Below, piece by piece: positions 37,210-50,408 of a stretch of 64,000 bases of DNA; position 1 is the stretch's first letter, and every line of letters begins with the position of its first letter. A program made the position numbers and the translations under genes. Origin of the DNA: Octopus sinensis (Eukaryota); contig NC_043003.1 of assembly GCF_006345805.1 (NCBI RefSeq), forward strand, positions 34,782,001 through 34,846,000. Reading direction: 5' to 3'. A model generated the notes under the pieces. It was not told the DNA's origin and searched no databases. It saw only the letters and a program-made list of their open reading frames with translations.

Positions 37210-37949
37210 TTATGTGTGTGTGTGTAAGTGTGTGTATCGTGCAATGGGACCATTTCTAATACCGATGGAATAGCTAACATATCAGAATCATGTTTTGAAT
37301 TAGATTAAAATAGTTATGTTTGATAAATTAGAAACTATATTCTGTGTTTATATTTTAATTCGTGCATGAAAATTTTATTGGTTAGAAACGACTATTCTAA
37401 TTAATTACTTTTTTCTGTATTAGCTTCAATGTTTCACATTTAGTGTTAATAAGTATTACTCCATCGTATCTGACATACCGTAACAATCTATTGTGTCACC
37501 GAATTCACTTTCTGTTGCTCTTTATTGTCACTGGTCTCCTCTAGCACTGATCCCACAATTCTTCTGATTTATTTAAATCCAATGTCCAGTTTAGTGCTAA
37601 AATGACATCTTTGTGACCAGACTTCAATTTGGACACTGAATTGATTTTACAATAATACTACTTTAATTAGATACTACATTGATACGAGTTATACTTTAGT
37701 TTTGGGTGTCTTTCAGCAGATAATTTGATTATTTAAACTTTTTGAAATAGTGAATATACAAACCCCGGTTTCACTCATCTTACTAAGTATGCTATTATCT
37801 CCAACTTCTCACCTTCTATTCTATAACTAACATCTGGCTTGTATGTCACGTGAGCATGACGTAAATAGTTAGAGATCATTTATCAACTTCAGTCTTTGGT
37901 TGTTGTTCTTAGTGCTGTGAACTCAGTAGGCATGATCCAAATTAACTCG

Positions 37950-38450
37950 ATTAATGTTACAGGTTTCTGTAATAAACCCATTAAATATACGAACAGCTGC
38001 TTAAAGAAGCCGGAAATATGATTAAAGGATCGGTCAAAGCCCCAATATATTTCAACATTTTCTTCACCAATGTTCTGATACTTTAATTCTCATTTTACTA
38101 TTATACTTCACGTCACACTATCTATTGGTTAGTTACTTCTAGATTACTAACAACAACGTTCAGGTCTTACAATATACTCAAGCAAAGCATATTATACAAC
38201 TGCCAAATAGTGAGTATGTTCCTGAAGGAACTAATAAAAGTAAATAACTCTCGGTCAGTTCCAATTATGACTATTGCCGTCGTTTGGCCAATTGCAAAGC
38301 TTATTCATTGGATTATAGTATCAGTGAGTAAATATACCACAGACACTAGTAACTTTAAATGAATTCACAGATAAAATTTAGTGTGACTCAATGGTTATTA
38401 AGGCTTACATTTTAAATTACAAATGCTATTACATCCGATGGGCTTCTGTA
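37950..38450 (+). mobile_element. Possible highly degenerate L2/CR1-type RT N-terminal fragment
   Basis: YFNIFFTNV (about 38045-38075) resembles FN.FF.NV; NY/fs/TIAVVWPIAKLI (about 38260-38310) resembles NYRPIA.LP..SKI. Weak, by-eye match. Confidence 0.35.
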
Positions 38451-38614
38451 ACGTCTGATTACGCACATATACTCATATAGCTGGAGTCGATCTGATGTTA
38501 GAGTGAAATACAATCGTCCAAGATGTAATGTAGTAAAATGGAACAAGGACCTGATTGTTACAGTGTGAACTTATTAAACACTCAGCCATGTTATCAAGCA
38601 CCAACATACATATA

Positions 38615-39040
38615 GGCACAGGCGAGGGTGTGTGATAAGAAAGTTGCTTCCCAGCCACATGATTCTGGGTTCAACTCTGCTGCGTGGTACCTTGGGCAAA
38701 TGTCTTCTACTATATTACTATAGCCTTGGGCCGACCAAAGCTTTGTGAGTTGATTTGCTAGACGGAAACGGATAGAAGACAGTCGTATGTATATATCTAT
38801 ATATATATATATAAATGTGTGTGTTTGTGTGTGTGTGTTTATGTGTGTGTGTGTGTGGTTGTGTCTATGTTTGTACACCATCACCGCTTGACAACTGGTG
38901 TTTGTGCGTTTAAGCCATCGTAAATTAGCGGTTAGGCAAAAGTGGGCGATAAAATAAGAACTAGGCTGAACACACAAATAAAAGTAAATCCGGGTGTACG
39001 AGCATGGCCGTAGTGAAATGACTGAATCAAGTAAAAGTAT
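38615..39040 (+). mobile_element. SINE family A, older full-length copy
   Basis: ggcacaggcgagggtgtgtgataag...ccttgggcaaatgtcttctacta...gagcatggccgtagtgaaatgactgaatcaagtaaaag. Confidence 0.85.
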
Positions 39041-39299
39041 AAAGAAATAGATACAAATGACATAGATACATATATTCGTGCATACATAAATACATACATA
39101 CATAGAAAAATAAATACATACATACACACATATATACTATTACTAGACTAGTGTAGTTCAGCGAAGACCTGGAACCTAAAAGCAAAAATAATATGCACGG
39201 ATATGTCTCCTGCAAACCTGAGAATGATTAAGCCTAACAGGCTTTCTTGAAATCACAATCGTTTTATCACGCCAAATCATGAATACTATTCCCTTCCGA

Positions 39300-39720
39300 T
39301 TGAAAACCAAGAGAAACCTGCAAAGTGCCTAACACCTAATGAATAAAAGAGACAGCGTGGCTCATATGCCACGAAGATGGCACCGAAATATCGATTATGG
39401 CATGACGTTATTTCAAAAGCAATATTCAATGCCATCAGTATGAAAAGCTGCCTCGGGGTAAATATCTCTGCTGTTGAATATGTACAGGCATATAAACAAG
39501 ATGTATAACATTAACACATTCACACCGTTACTTCCGCCAGCTGACAATAGGCCTAGTATATTTATTTGGGACAGAAAATAATAATTGCCTTGAAAATGTG
39601 AAAATTTTATCTTACAAAATTAATGAAAAAAGACGATATTTACAAAAAAATTATGCAAAGCTTACAACTGCTCTAATTCAAAACATACCAATAAATATTG
39701 GTACACTGTTTCTGATAGGA
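39300..39720 (+). mobile_element. Degenerate C-terminus of an RLE-type non-LTR retrotransposon (R2/R4/NeSL/CRE-like)
   Basis: KMAPKYRLWHDVISKAIFNAI (RHD motif after the CCHC knuckle), DNRPSIFIWDRK (NRPD motif), DDIYKKIMQSLQLL and IPINIGTL occur in the expected order, with stops and frameshifts. Confidence 0.65.
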
Positions 39721-41051
39721 GATAACAGGTCGCGGTCTTAAAGCGACGAAAATATTTTGACAAATTAAACTTAAATGTTGAAGTGAATCGAACGGCTTTT
39801 GTGTGTTTCTTAAATGGCTTACAAACACCTACCACGCTGCAATTGTTTTCGTTTCAGCACACGATCTCAGATCAAATCACTTGCTATGCAAGTACATCTC
39901 CGATATCAAAATAGCAATCTCTGAAAACTGAGCTTTCATGCAAATAAAATGACCAGCGCTAATTTCACGCATTGAAAATTCAGACAATAAGTGGAGGAGT
40001 AAAAAAAACCTTCTAAAGCTTTCTGAGGCTTCACCTGTATCTAGTGGATTTTTTTCTTTGCATCAAAATTCCATTTATGACGCTACATTCCATTATTAAA
40101 ATCTTACTAGCTCCTTCTTTGTAAGATAAAAAAGGATTTAATTAAGAAAAGGAAGAATGCATAAGTAAATACATAAATTTAGGAAACATGAATATTTTTA
40201 GACAAGTGGGTAAATAGTGATACATGCATATACACACTCATACATGTACACATATGTGTATTTTACATATACATATTCGTATGTGAGTATGTGTGTGTGA
40301 GAGAGAGTGTGTGTGCGCGCGCGCGGACGTGTGTGTGTATGTGTGTGTGTGCTACTAGTGTTAGAATCCCATTATACCCATTCATTAAGCAAACAAATTC
40401 TTTGCTTCCCCTTTTAGCTCTTCTAAACACCTTATGTTCCCAAACACGTCTGCTGCCATGATCAAACGCTGCGCTAAATCTGTAAGTCGTGAGGGAGCGC
40501 CAGTTTCCTTGACAACTGTATGTATGTATACGCAACCTCCCTATCTATGTTGGCCAGGATAAAAGCTGTTTTGTAACTAAATTCAAAATTACATAAATCA
40601 ACAGGTAACATTTTTAATAATTACGTAAGATGGAAACAAATTTAAACGAAAGAGAGGAGTAATTGGAATACAAAGAAAATAGCGGAATAAAATAAATACA
40701 GAATTGTGTTACAGAAACTGGGGCATAAGTGATAAAGTAGAAGGGAATGAGAGGTGAAATTACTAAACATAGCAAGAGGAAGAGGGTAAGAAATATTGAA
40801 CGATAATTTAAAAAAAGAAATGATGTAAAAATAGATGTTAAGTGTAATAAACGAAAGAGGGAGTTGAACAAATTATAGGGAAACAAAAATTATCAAACAA
40901 AGGAATAAAATATATAAATATGAAAGAAAGAAGTTAAGTGAAAAGGGAAGGCAGAAGCATAGCATTGATAAGTGAATAATATAGGTGAGAAGGAAAATAA
41001 GGGAAAAGGCAAATATGTTTTATATATATATCTACATATGCATGTACGCAA

Positions 41052-41088
<37 letters not shown>

Positions 41089-41092
41089 GTGT

Positions 41093-41402
41093 GGAGGTGC
41101 AATGGCACAGTGGTTAGGGCAGCGGACTCGCGGTCGTAGGATTGCAGTTTCGATTCCCAGACCGGGCGTTGTGAGTGTTGATTGAGCGAAAACACCTAAA
41201 GCTCCACGAAGCTCCAGCAGGGGGTGGGGGTGGCGATCCCTGCTGTATGCTTTCACCACAACTTTCTCTCACTCTTTCTTCTGTTGGCCTGCTCGGCTTA
41301 GCCAGCGGGGTGGCGTCATTTGAAGGCTAAAACAATGCGAATTGCATTGTGACCAGCGATGTGCAGCAACATCTGATAGCCTGGTCGGTCACGGTGACGG
41401 GG
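41093..41402 (+). mobile_element. SINE family B, full length
   Basis: tRNA-like head ggtgcaatggcacagtggttagggcagcggactc...gtttcgattccc; the head and first part of the body are shared with 34897-35060. Confidence 0.88.
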
Positions 41403-41406
41403 ATAT

Positions 41407-41450
<44 letters not shown>

Positions 41451-41547
41451 ATCCTTGCATAACACCTGCACGCACTACATGGTGCTCCTACATGATTTAC
41501 ACACATATGAACACACATGGTACGCACACACACGCACGCGCGCACGC

Positions 41548-41605
<58 letters not shown>

Positions 41606-41748
41606 ATCTTAAAATTTAGTTTTATTATACACTAGTATTATCATATGTTCCCAGAGCTGTCAATATCATTGTAAATACAGAAACTTTTGTTTCGGTATGC
41701 ATCTTTCATAAATCTGTCAGACTATTGTGAAAAGTTTTAATATACATA

Positions 41749-42160
41749 GGCGTAGGAGTGGCTGTGTGGTAAGTAGCTAGCTTATGAACTACATGGTTCC
41801 GGGTTCAGTTCCACTGCGTGGCACCTTGGGCAAGTGTCTTCTACTATAGCCTCGGGCCGACCAAAGCCTTGTGAGTGGATTTGGTAGACGGAAACTGAAA
41901 GAAGCCCGTCGTATATATGTATACATATATATGTTTGTGTGTGTGTGTATGTTTATGTGTCTGTCTTTGTCTCCTCAACATCGCTTGACAACCGATGTTG
42001 GTGTGTTTACGTCCCCGTAACTTAAACAGTTCGGTAAAAGAGACCGATAGAATAAGTACTGGGCTTAGAAAGAATAAGTCCCGGGGTCGAGTTGCTCGAT
42101 TAAAGGCGGTGCTCCAGCATGACCACAGTCAAATGACTGAAACAAGTACAAGAGTAAAGA
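41749..42160 (+). mobile_element. SINE family A, full length
   Basis: Complete head, body and tail. Confidence 0.95.
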
Positions 42161-42870
42161 GAGAATAAATATACCAATTCCAATGAAAATGAACATATCT
42201 CTCTCAAATTCAGTGTAATATTCAACTCGCTTCAAAATCAAAGTGAGTGGTGAGTTGCATATTTTTTACGACGGATTTTATACGGAATACAAGTGAAAAG
42301 ACCTTTACAAACAGTATTCAAAATGTTTAATGGTTCTGAATCGTAAGACTGTGCCAAGTTTTTAGTGGATGCATATGTGCATCCTACTAAAATATGTGCC
42401 TAATGAGAAATGAAGAATATGAACAAAAAATATTGCATGCAGACCTGAATCAGTATGGACCACGACAATTCGTGTAGTACGATTTAAAAATAGGTACTTG
42501 GGTGATTTTTTTAGATAGTAGGCTTTCACAACTTTACATCGATATTTTGGGGGAGGAAGGACTATATAAATGCGAAGTGTCCTGTTGTTGCCAGCATAAC
42601 TTATTATAGAATACTCTCTTCATTAAGGCATCGAGGTTCTGAAGTAACCCAAATCTTTCAGTTAAATAAGAATGCAGAAGACCAATCTGATTTATCACTA
42701 GCAATATAATCAGAGAATCAGTATACTTTATCTTATAAATAAGCTAAATTTTCACGACGTCTTCCAGATAACTAGGCATCTAGCACGAAGGATTACGACA
42801 ATTAAAAACATGTCGAACATCCCTGGGTAATCTACGGTCAGAGTTTTGCATCATATATATATATTTCTTA

Positions 42871-42925
42871 AAAGTGGTGCTCCAGCATGGCCGCAGTCAA
42901 ATGACTGAAACAAGTAAAAGAGTAT
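42871..42925 (+). mobile_element. Solo SINE family A 3' terminal module
   Basis: aaaagtggtgctccagcatggccgcagtcaaatgactgaaacaagtaaaagag. Confidence 0.85.
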
Positions 42926-42991
42926 ATATGCATATACATATATATATAAGCGTGCGTGTCTATAACTCGTGGGGGATAATTATATATATTC

Positions 42992-43327
42992 GTTTGCTCC
43001 AGTAATTTGACTGCGGCCTTGATGGAGCACTGTCTTTAGTAGAACACTTCGACCCCAGAAGCTATTTTTTGTAAGTCTAGTACTTATTCTATCGCTCTCT
43101 CTTTTTCGGGGACGTAAACACACCAACATCGGTTGTCAAGCGATGGTGGTGGGACTAACGCAGATGCACAAATACACACACACCACACACACACACACAC
43201 ATATACATATACAAAGGGCTTCTTTCTGTCTATAGTAGAGAACACCCAAGATGCCACGCAGTGAGAGTGCACCCGGAAGCATGTGGATGGGAAGCAAGCT
43301 TCTCACCATACAGCCACACCTGAGACC
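42992..43327 (-). mobile_element. SINE family A, degenerate with deletions
   Basis: tttgactgcggcc...ggggacgtaaacacaccaacatcggttgtcaagcgatgg...cccaagatgccacgcagtg...cagccacacctg. Confidence 0.85.
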
Positions 43328-43333
43328 ATGTAC

Positions 43334-43373
<40 letters not shown>

Positions 43374-43709
43374 GGATTTGTATGATTGTGTATATAGGGA
43401 TATATATTATTCAAAGAAATTCCAACTCTCTCTGTTTTTATGTTCTATTTATATTCTTTAATATATTAATATGGAATATAGAATATATAGTATAAATAGT
43501 ATATATAGTAAAACAAAATGAAGTATCGATTGTCTTATTGAATAGAGGAAATATTGAATATAAAATATTAAGGGACTAGTATACTTTCTTGCATTTAAGC
43601 TGTCTTCTAGGTCCCAGGTTGTGACAGTTGAAACTCCACGTATATATATATATATTTATCTATCTGTTATATATATATAATATGGTGTGTGTGTGTGTGT
43701 GTGTGTGTG

Positions 43710-43760
<51 letters not shown>

Positions 43761-43970
43761 ATACTTGTATTATATTATTTTATTGTGGGAGCCCAACGAG
43801 TTTGGTATATTTTCGTTCTTTAAATACCATATCGATAGAATAACAATGACATGTTGGTGATAGACGCCCGTTGAAAACTCGCGTTTAAACTTCAAATAAC
43901 AATGTTAAAACAAAGATCCGAAAATAAGAATAAGTAAATATACGAAAACAGGAGAAAATCTTATCTTTAT

Positions 43971-44028
<58 letters not shown>

Positions 44029-45439
44029 GTGTGTGTGTATATATACAGAGATAGATAGATAGAGAGAGAGAGAGAGATATGCATAATATATATATATATA
44101 ACATATGTATCATGTATATATATATATATGAATATATATGTATATGTATATATATGATCTTTATATATGCACACTTATGTACACACACACATATACACAC
44201 GCGCACACACACTTTTTCATACCTACCCACGTATTTATATATACACGTAACACTTATTCTCGAGCACAAATGTTGAAAAAAAAATTACGCCTTTACGTGG
44301 AAAGAAACTCATAAGAACACACAAAAACATATGAATACTCATACATACAAACACTAACACCATTATACATTCTCATACACTGCTATATTCACACACATAT
44401 GCATTCAGAGACATATTGTATTTTTTTAAACATATCTTATCTATTTTATTTTTTTCTTGATTTCATCACAATTTCGAACCAATTTCTGTTATTACATCTC
44501 AAATATGATGTTATTACATATTTTTCCTAAAGCTTCTTTTCTTTTTTCTTTTGATTTTTTTTACTCTATCATGGCACAAATCATTATTATTACTGCTATT
44601 AATATTATGTTTACGAACCTGTATTGATGCATTTCTGTGTTTATTTAAATATTTGGCTTGAGGTTTTTGAAGTGTAATTCAAGCAAGCACAGAGAGTTGA
44701 ACTAAATATGAAATAAACTCGACATGAATTTTATCTCACATTATATTATTCCAAATCCTTGTTCATAGTGGCAGTTAAGAGGATAGGGAAGAACATGGAA
44801 TAATTTATGAATAGCTAAATATTGTAACTGAAGAAATATAGAGCAACATATAATACCTGGCAGCAACAACCACGGTAGCCGTATTTGCTCGAAATAGTAG
44901 CCAAGTCACTTCTAAATTAAACTGCTGCTATGTAGTTCTAGTTAGTTATGTACAAATAGAAAACTGATAAGCTTATATCGCTGGAATATCTTTGGTCATA
45001 CGTCTCCTCAATCAAATCTTATTCAGGAAGAAAGCTACATGGCATATTCAGGCACAACGATAGATTGATTGCAAATATAATGATGATGATGATGAAGAGG
45101 AGGAGGAGGAGGAGGTGGAAGATGACACTGGGGATGAAAATAAGGATAGTGTTGGTGGTTGTGCTGCAGTGGTGTCGAATAACGTGAATGCTTGTGGTTG
45201 ATGTGCTTCCCCTACATTTAATTTTTATTCATGAGTCTGGAGGTTGTGAATTATTGCTGCGGCTACGAGGACGATGGTGTGTGTGTGGTGTGTGTGTGTG
45301 TGAGAGTGGTGTGTGTGTGTGTGTGTGTGCTTGTGTGTGTCTGTGTGTATGCGCGTGTTTGTGTGTACTTGACTAACTTAGGATGGCACTGCCGTCATAC
45401 CCATTAGCCCCATTCTGAATCGAGAATAAATAGTACCGT

Positions 45440-45870
45440 AAGACGGACATCCTTGACCCACAGTGCTGTGTATTTCCACACCCAAGGCGATGCTACTGCA
45501 ACGCACATATATATATCTTAGATCAACATTGGAGTACTGTGCTCACATGTGGGTAAGGTACAGATATCCTAGACTGCATCCGAAGGAAGAATCTACAGAT
45601 AAGAGTGAGTCGCTCATTAAAATTGCCCAGGCTCTAACCCAATGACATGCAGACCACTGCTTCTCTTTCTTTACCCCTTCTACTGTAGCCTATAAACTTT
45701 CGGACTGTTGATCTCTTGACTCCTCTATTCAAGTCCTTTCGTTACATTCATTTGTCTTCTCTTCATTGGCTTTATTGTGTCCGTACTTAGAACATGCCTG
45801 ACATTTTGGAAAGTTCTTTTTTACTGGCTGCCGTCTATTTTTGAAAATCCATACAGAACGTAACAGCCAT
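45440..45870 (+). mobile_element. Degenerate LINE ORF2 C-terminal fragment (Jockey/CR1-type)
   Basis: ORF 45463-45645 contains YLRSTLEYCAHMW, matching the Y...RP.LEYC..VW motif that follows the RT domain. Confidence 0.65.
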
Positions 45871-46615
45871 CAGTGTAATGCGTTTGGTATGGATAGGTGG
45901 CAGAGGGTATTGGCCCAACAATTGCTGCAAAACCCACACTTTACAAAATGTTGATTAACCTCAGTTGAATGTTAATGAAGAATACAAAATGTACATAAGT
46001 AATGTATGTAGTAATATACTATAGCATATCAGTTTCTGGTACTCCACCACCAAAATCGTACAAGTGCAGGTTTTCTTCTCTTTCCTTTTTCTACCAAAGA
46101 CCCAAAGCAGTCAATTTAGGCATAGAATGCAGCCAATTCTATTGAACTTCGCAATTACATTTGTTCCAAATTTATCTACCTCAGAAGGGATAAACAGTAA
46201 AGTACATATACGAAGAATTTGAACTCAGATCGTAAAGGAACGTAATATACAGCAAAAAGTAATCTATTGAGCAATTTATTAGTTCTGCATATCCAATAAC
46301 ACCGGTTGTAAAATAGCAAACAGCGCAAAACAACTCTCTCACATACAGAACATATATGCATTTACAACCGAATGCATATGTACACACATACAAATCAGAT
46401 TTTTTCAAAAACACTAAAATGCGATGCGTTCACATATATGTTTGCTCACATATATAGTATTTTTATTATATTTGATATTTCAATTTTTTAAAAAAATGGC
46501 TAGGGATTTTATTAACTTGATGTTTATATAATTTTATTTGCACAATCCTTCAAAGGAACTTTTTAGAATTATTATATACACTCAGACATACACATATTTT
46601 CATACTTCATACTTT

Positions 46616-46665
<50 letters not shown>

Positions 46666-46748
46666 TATATATATATATATGTGTTTGTATATGTGTATAT
46701 ATGTATATTCATATATGCATATGTATGTAAACATATATATAATATATG

Positions 46749-46780
<32 letters not shown>

Positions 46781-46899
46781 TATATATATATTATATATGT
46801 ATATGTATTTATATATACACAAGCTCTATAAAATAGAAAACTAGAGGAGAATCTATAAGTTGAAGCAACAGAGACCATTAAAATTGAGAAGGAGCTTAT

Positions 46900-47800
46900 C
46901 GATCGATTTGAGGGAATAAAAAATGGAAGCACCATTTCCGACGAGAATGGCCCGCAACTACTTCTTTGACGGAAAACACATGTTCAGTTTGGGCATGTGG
47001 TCTAAAAATCGAAGTAGCGAACGCTGTTATATAGGCAATGGGAAAGGTTTTCAGCGGTTCTTTGACGAGCTATATCCAAGAAACGATGATCTAGAGGCGA
47101 TGGAATTCGATACCTATCTAGACGGTGATCCGAGTATATGAGACTTATGACAGAGTACTGTGAAACCCGATATTAGGAGATAAAGTTGCGGAGGTGTTGT
47201 GAAGTATGCGGTGAACAAAGTGCCACGTCTGCACCGTTTTCTCTGCGAAGATTAATGTTACATGTCTGAGTCGTCCGCTATTATAACAAGCAACAGACTG
47301 GGAAAATTTTAAGAAACTTGAGGTGTAAGGTAGTGACTTTATTGAAGAAAGACCTGAAGAGTTGAAGGACATCATATACAGCTTCAAGCTGTACACTTCA
47401 GTGAGCGGTTTGAGATACCCACGCTGACATTTGTGCCTATCAGTCTGTCTAGATAATATGTGTGATGTTTCTCAGTAGTAGTGACCATTTTGGCAGCAAC
47501 TGTCTGTGGTGGCTAGATAATATATTTAAGTGGAGCTTCTTGTGTGGGAACGATGTTGCGGACTTAACACCTGCATTGGTGCAGATGCGAAGAGGTGGTC
47601 CATATAAGGGACCATTATTTGGAAATCTACCGACTTAGGATGGCTTGGAATAAAATACAGTGTCATGAGATAGTTAGCAAATGTGCACTATACATTCATC
47701 GTGTAGGTTGGGGTCTATCCAACCATGTGCCAAAAGGAAGACTTATCCGGATACTATTGTGAGAAAGCCTTTTGTAAGATGAAGGACAATACACCGCGGT
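46900..47800 (+). mobile_element. Degenerate L1/Tx1-type ORF2 fragment, internally deleted
   Basis: GFQRFFDELY (ORF 46923-47141), NKVPRLHRFLCE (47214-47249, cf. NKSPGLDGLPYE) and KVVTLLKKD (47327-47353). These are followed, too soon for a whole RT domain, by FLCG and P..GGLG-like remnants at about 47520-47660. Confidence 0.65.
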
Positions 47801-47924
47801 AGGATGTTGATACAGGGAGTATAGTAGTTAACTGTATATGTAGAACCCTGCAATTTCAGGTTAAAGATACTTACCAGCATATTAGATAAAACTAGAATAA
47901 TACAATTCTATATTTAAGAGATGA

Positions 47925-48243
47925 GAAATTATGTACATTATTTACATTTGACGGATATTTGTCCTCATCTTGTTTGTTGTTAATACAACGTTCCGGCTGT
48001 TATACCCTCCAGTCTTCATCAGGTGTCTTGGAGAAATTTCGAACCTGGGTTCCCATTCCTAAGGGATTTTTCGATGTTATTATTATTATTATTATATTAT
48101 TATTATTATTATTCAGGTCACCGCCTGGAATCGAATTCGGAATCTTGGGGTTAGTAGTCCGCGCTGGAGTGTATATCAGCCGAAACGTTGTGTTAACAAC
48201 AAACAAGATGAAGACAGATATCTGTCACTTGTAAATAATGTAA
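47925..48243. mobile_element. PLE-derived element with divergent inverted pLTR-like ends
   Basis: About 80-bp arms 47934-48012 and 48164-48243 are reverse complements. The left arm carries a complete HHR-like motif and the right arm only its 3' half. Confidence 0.75.
47982..48027 (-). ncRNA. Minimal type I hammerhead-like motif
   Basis: gacac-CTGATGA-a gactg gagggtataa cagcc-GGAA-cg-TT-gtatt. The sister arm (48164-48194) supplies the canonical cagcc-GAAA-cg-TT-gtgtt, with palindromic ACGT stem III. Confidence 0.75.
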
Positions 48244-48956
48244 AAATAGAATAGCTTTGTCTTTGGTTGAGGCCCCGAAGCCGGACAAACTTGAAAAGAT
48301 CTATGCAAGTTCATCATTTTCTTGCCGGTATATCAAATATATATTACAGTATTATTACTATGTTTTCTATTCATACTGTTATTAACGTTATTGCAGTTAT
48401 CAGATCTTAGTATAACATGACTGTTAGCATATTACTAATTAATTAATTACTAACTTATATACTGACATAGTTTAATATATTCAAAAGCGAAGAAATGAAA
48501 AAGTAAAGTATTAAGATTTGAATATGGCATATAAAAGAATGTGAATTTATGTAGTATGTAAAAAATAAATAAATAAAAAACACTGAAAAAAAGAGAAAAT
48601 AGCGTATCATAGCACTGCCTGTCACTTTACAGATTTTTATCTTTGTTTTGTACAATGTACTTGAATATCAGAACAAAACAAGTTCATTTTCCAGCTAAAA
48701 TGCTGAAGAAACAATTACCTTCCAACACTTTCCTTTCTGTTTTGATTTTTTCCAAAACGAATATACAGGCATGCAGACGATCACACACACACACACACAT
48801 GAATGTGTGCGGGCGGACATGCAGTCGTAGTCACACGTGTACGCACGCGATTTATATATTGATTTAGTATCGATCTATTGGATCTTGTACATTATTCTAG
48901 GATGTCCTACAAAATACACCATTCTCTATTTTTACTAATGAACAATCCAGATTGTG

Positions 48957-49001
<45 letters not shown>

Positions 49002-49549
49002 TGCTTTTATGCATTTCTTTTCCTGTTATCTTTCTTATTTTATTTTTTAATTTGTCTCTCTGTCCTCTGTCCAACCAACTACCAGAATATTTATAAATTC
49101 GCTTTTTACTATACTTTTTATACATGTGGAAATTCAACCAACAATAACTGAAAAAAATAGGGACTATCTATCTAAAGATATACTAAAAGAAAAAAAAATT
49201 GCTGAAACAGTGTTCTCCTGGAATAAAAATGAATTTATTCATATATAGTATTTATACGTGTCTTGAGAGCGAAAGCAATTCAAAAACACCGTGTAATGAT
49301 GAAAATTCAGAATTTTTTTTTCATTCTTTTATACATGCTTGCACATTGACATACTTCTGATCGAAAGAAAGAATGATGATTGAAATGAAAAGGTAGAGTC
49401 CTTCTCTGTGTATTTGTACATACGTTACATTACAAATAAAATCTGTACCCAAAAACATTGCACACACATAATGCAGTGGATGGCCATATTACGGTTTCGA
49501 ATATGTCTCAAGCATATTTAAACTTGTGAGAAGTTTATATATATATAAT

Positions 49550-49603
<54 letters not shown>

Positions 49604-49689
49604 GTTGCCCAAGTTTTTATCAGTCAGAAAGTTACGTTCCGAAGCACAAGTCTGGGTTAGGTTGATTGTGGAAGACTAGCTTCCGCTCT

Positions 49690-49900
49690 CCACGCCACCG
49701 ATGTTATCCAACAGAAAGGTAAAGGCCGATACAGCTTGACACCAGTGATATCGCAACCCATTTCTACAGCTGAATGACCTGGAGCAATGTGAAATAAAGT
49801 GCCTTACTCAAAGACACTACACACAGCCCAGCCCGGGAATCGAACTCACTACCTCATGATCGTGAGCTCAACAGTCTAACTACTAAGTCATACGTCTTTA
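49690..49900 (-). mobile_element. SINE, family-D-related head with a different body
   Basis: ctggagcaatgtgaaataaagtgccttactcaaagacac...gggaatcgaactcac...gatcgtgagc matches the head of the 34355 copy. Confidence 0.8.
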
Positions 49901-49989
49901 CTACCATTTATTAAGCAATAAAGTGGGTATATTAACTTGTATAATTGGATCATCACAGTGAATTGGTGTTGTTACCAAATAGTTTCATA

Positions 49990-50408
49990 GGATCTTTTTC
50001 GGTTTGAACGGCAGTTTATAACATAATTTCTAGGTAACTAAAAATTTTTAAAATTCGTATACTGGTAGAATGTGTTTATAAAACATCTTTTTCTCTTGGC
50101 TTTATCGAGAAAATTCTATAGTTTGTAAGATATTTGTTGTTGTTTTTCTTCAATTTCTGCAATTTCAACCAATCACTGACGTCTATTGAGGTAAAAGGCA
50201 TTCTGTGCCGTATGAATATGTCCCTCGTTTAAGAAACAGATTGGGTCTATTTACATTTGTAAAGAAAAAAAAGATACCTTTCCTCCCACCCCTAACCCTA
50301 ACCCTAAAACAGATTGAGATGCAATACATCGATACTAGGGTCGTAATTATGGATGACAATTTCATATGACACCGCTAGAAAAAACTGCCGTTCAAACCGA
50401 AAAGATCC
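49990..50408. mobile_element. MITE with 27-28 bp TIRs and an internal (CCCTAA)3
   Basis: ggatctttttcggtttgaacggcagttt at 49990 and its reverse complement (one T shorter) ending at 50408. ccctaa x3 at 50290-50307. No TSD visible. Confidence 0.88.

Noticed and set aside
41093-41170. tRNA-like sequences at SINE heads
   Set aside because: They have A/B boxes but no complete cloverleaf, and run straight into SINE bodies; not tRNA genes.
42360-42404. 14-bp hairpin followed by CTAA-T as a possible Helitron 3' end
   Set aside because: The hairpin is AT-rich and no matching 5' TC end or second copy was found.
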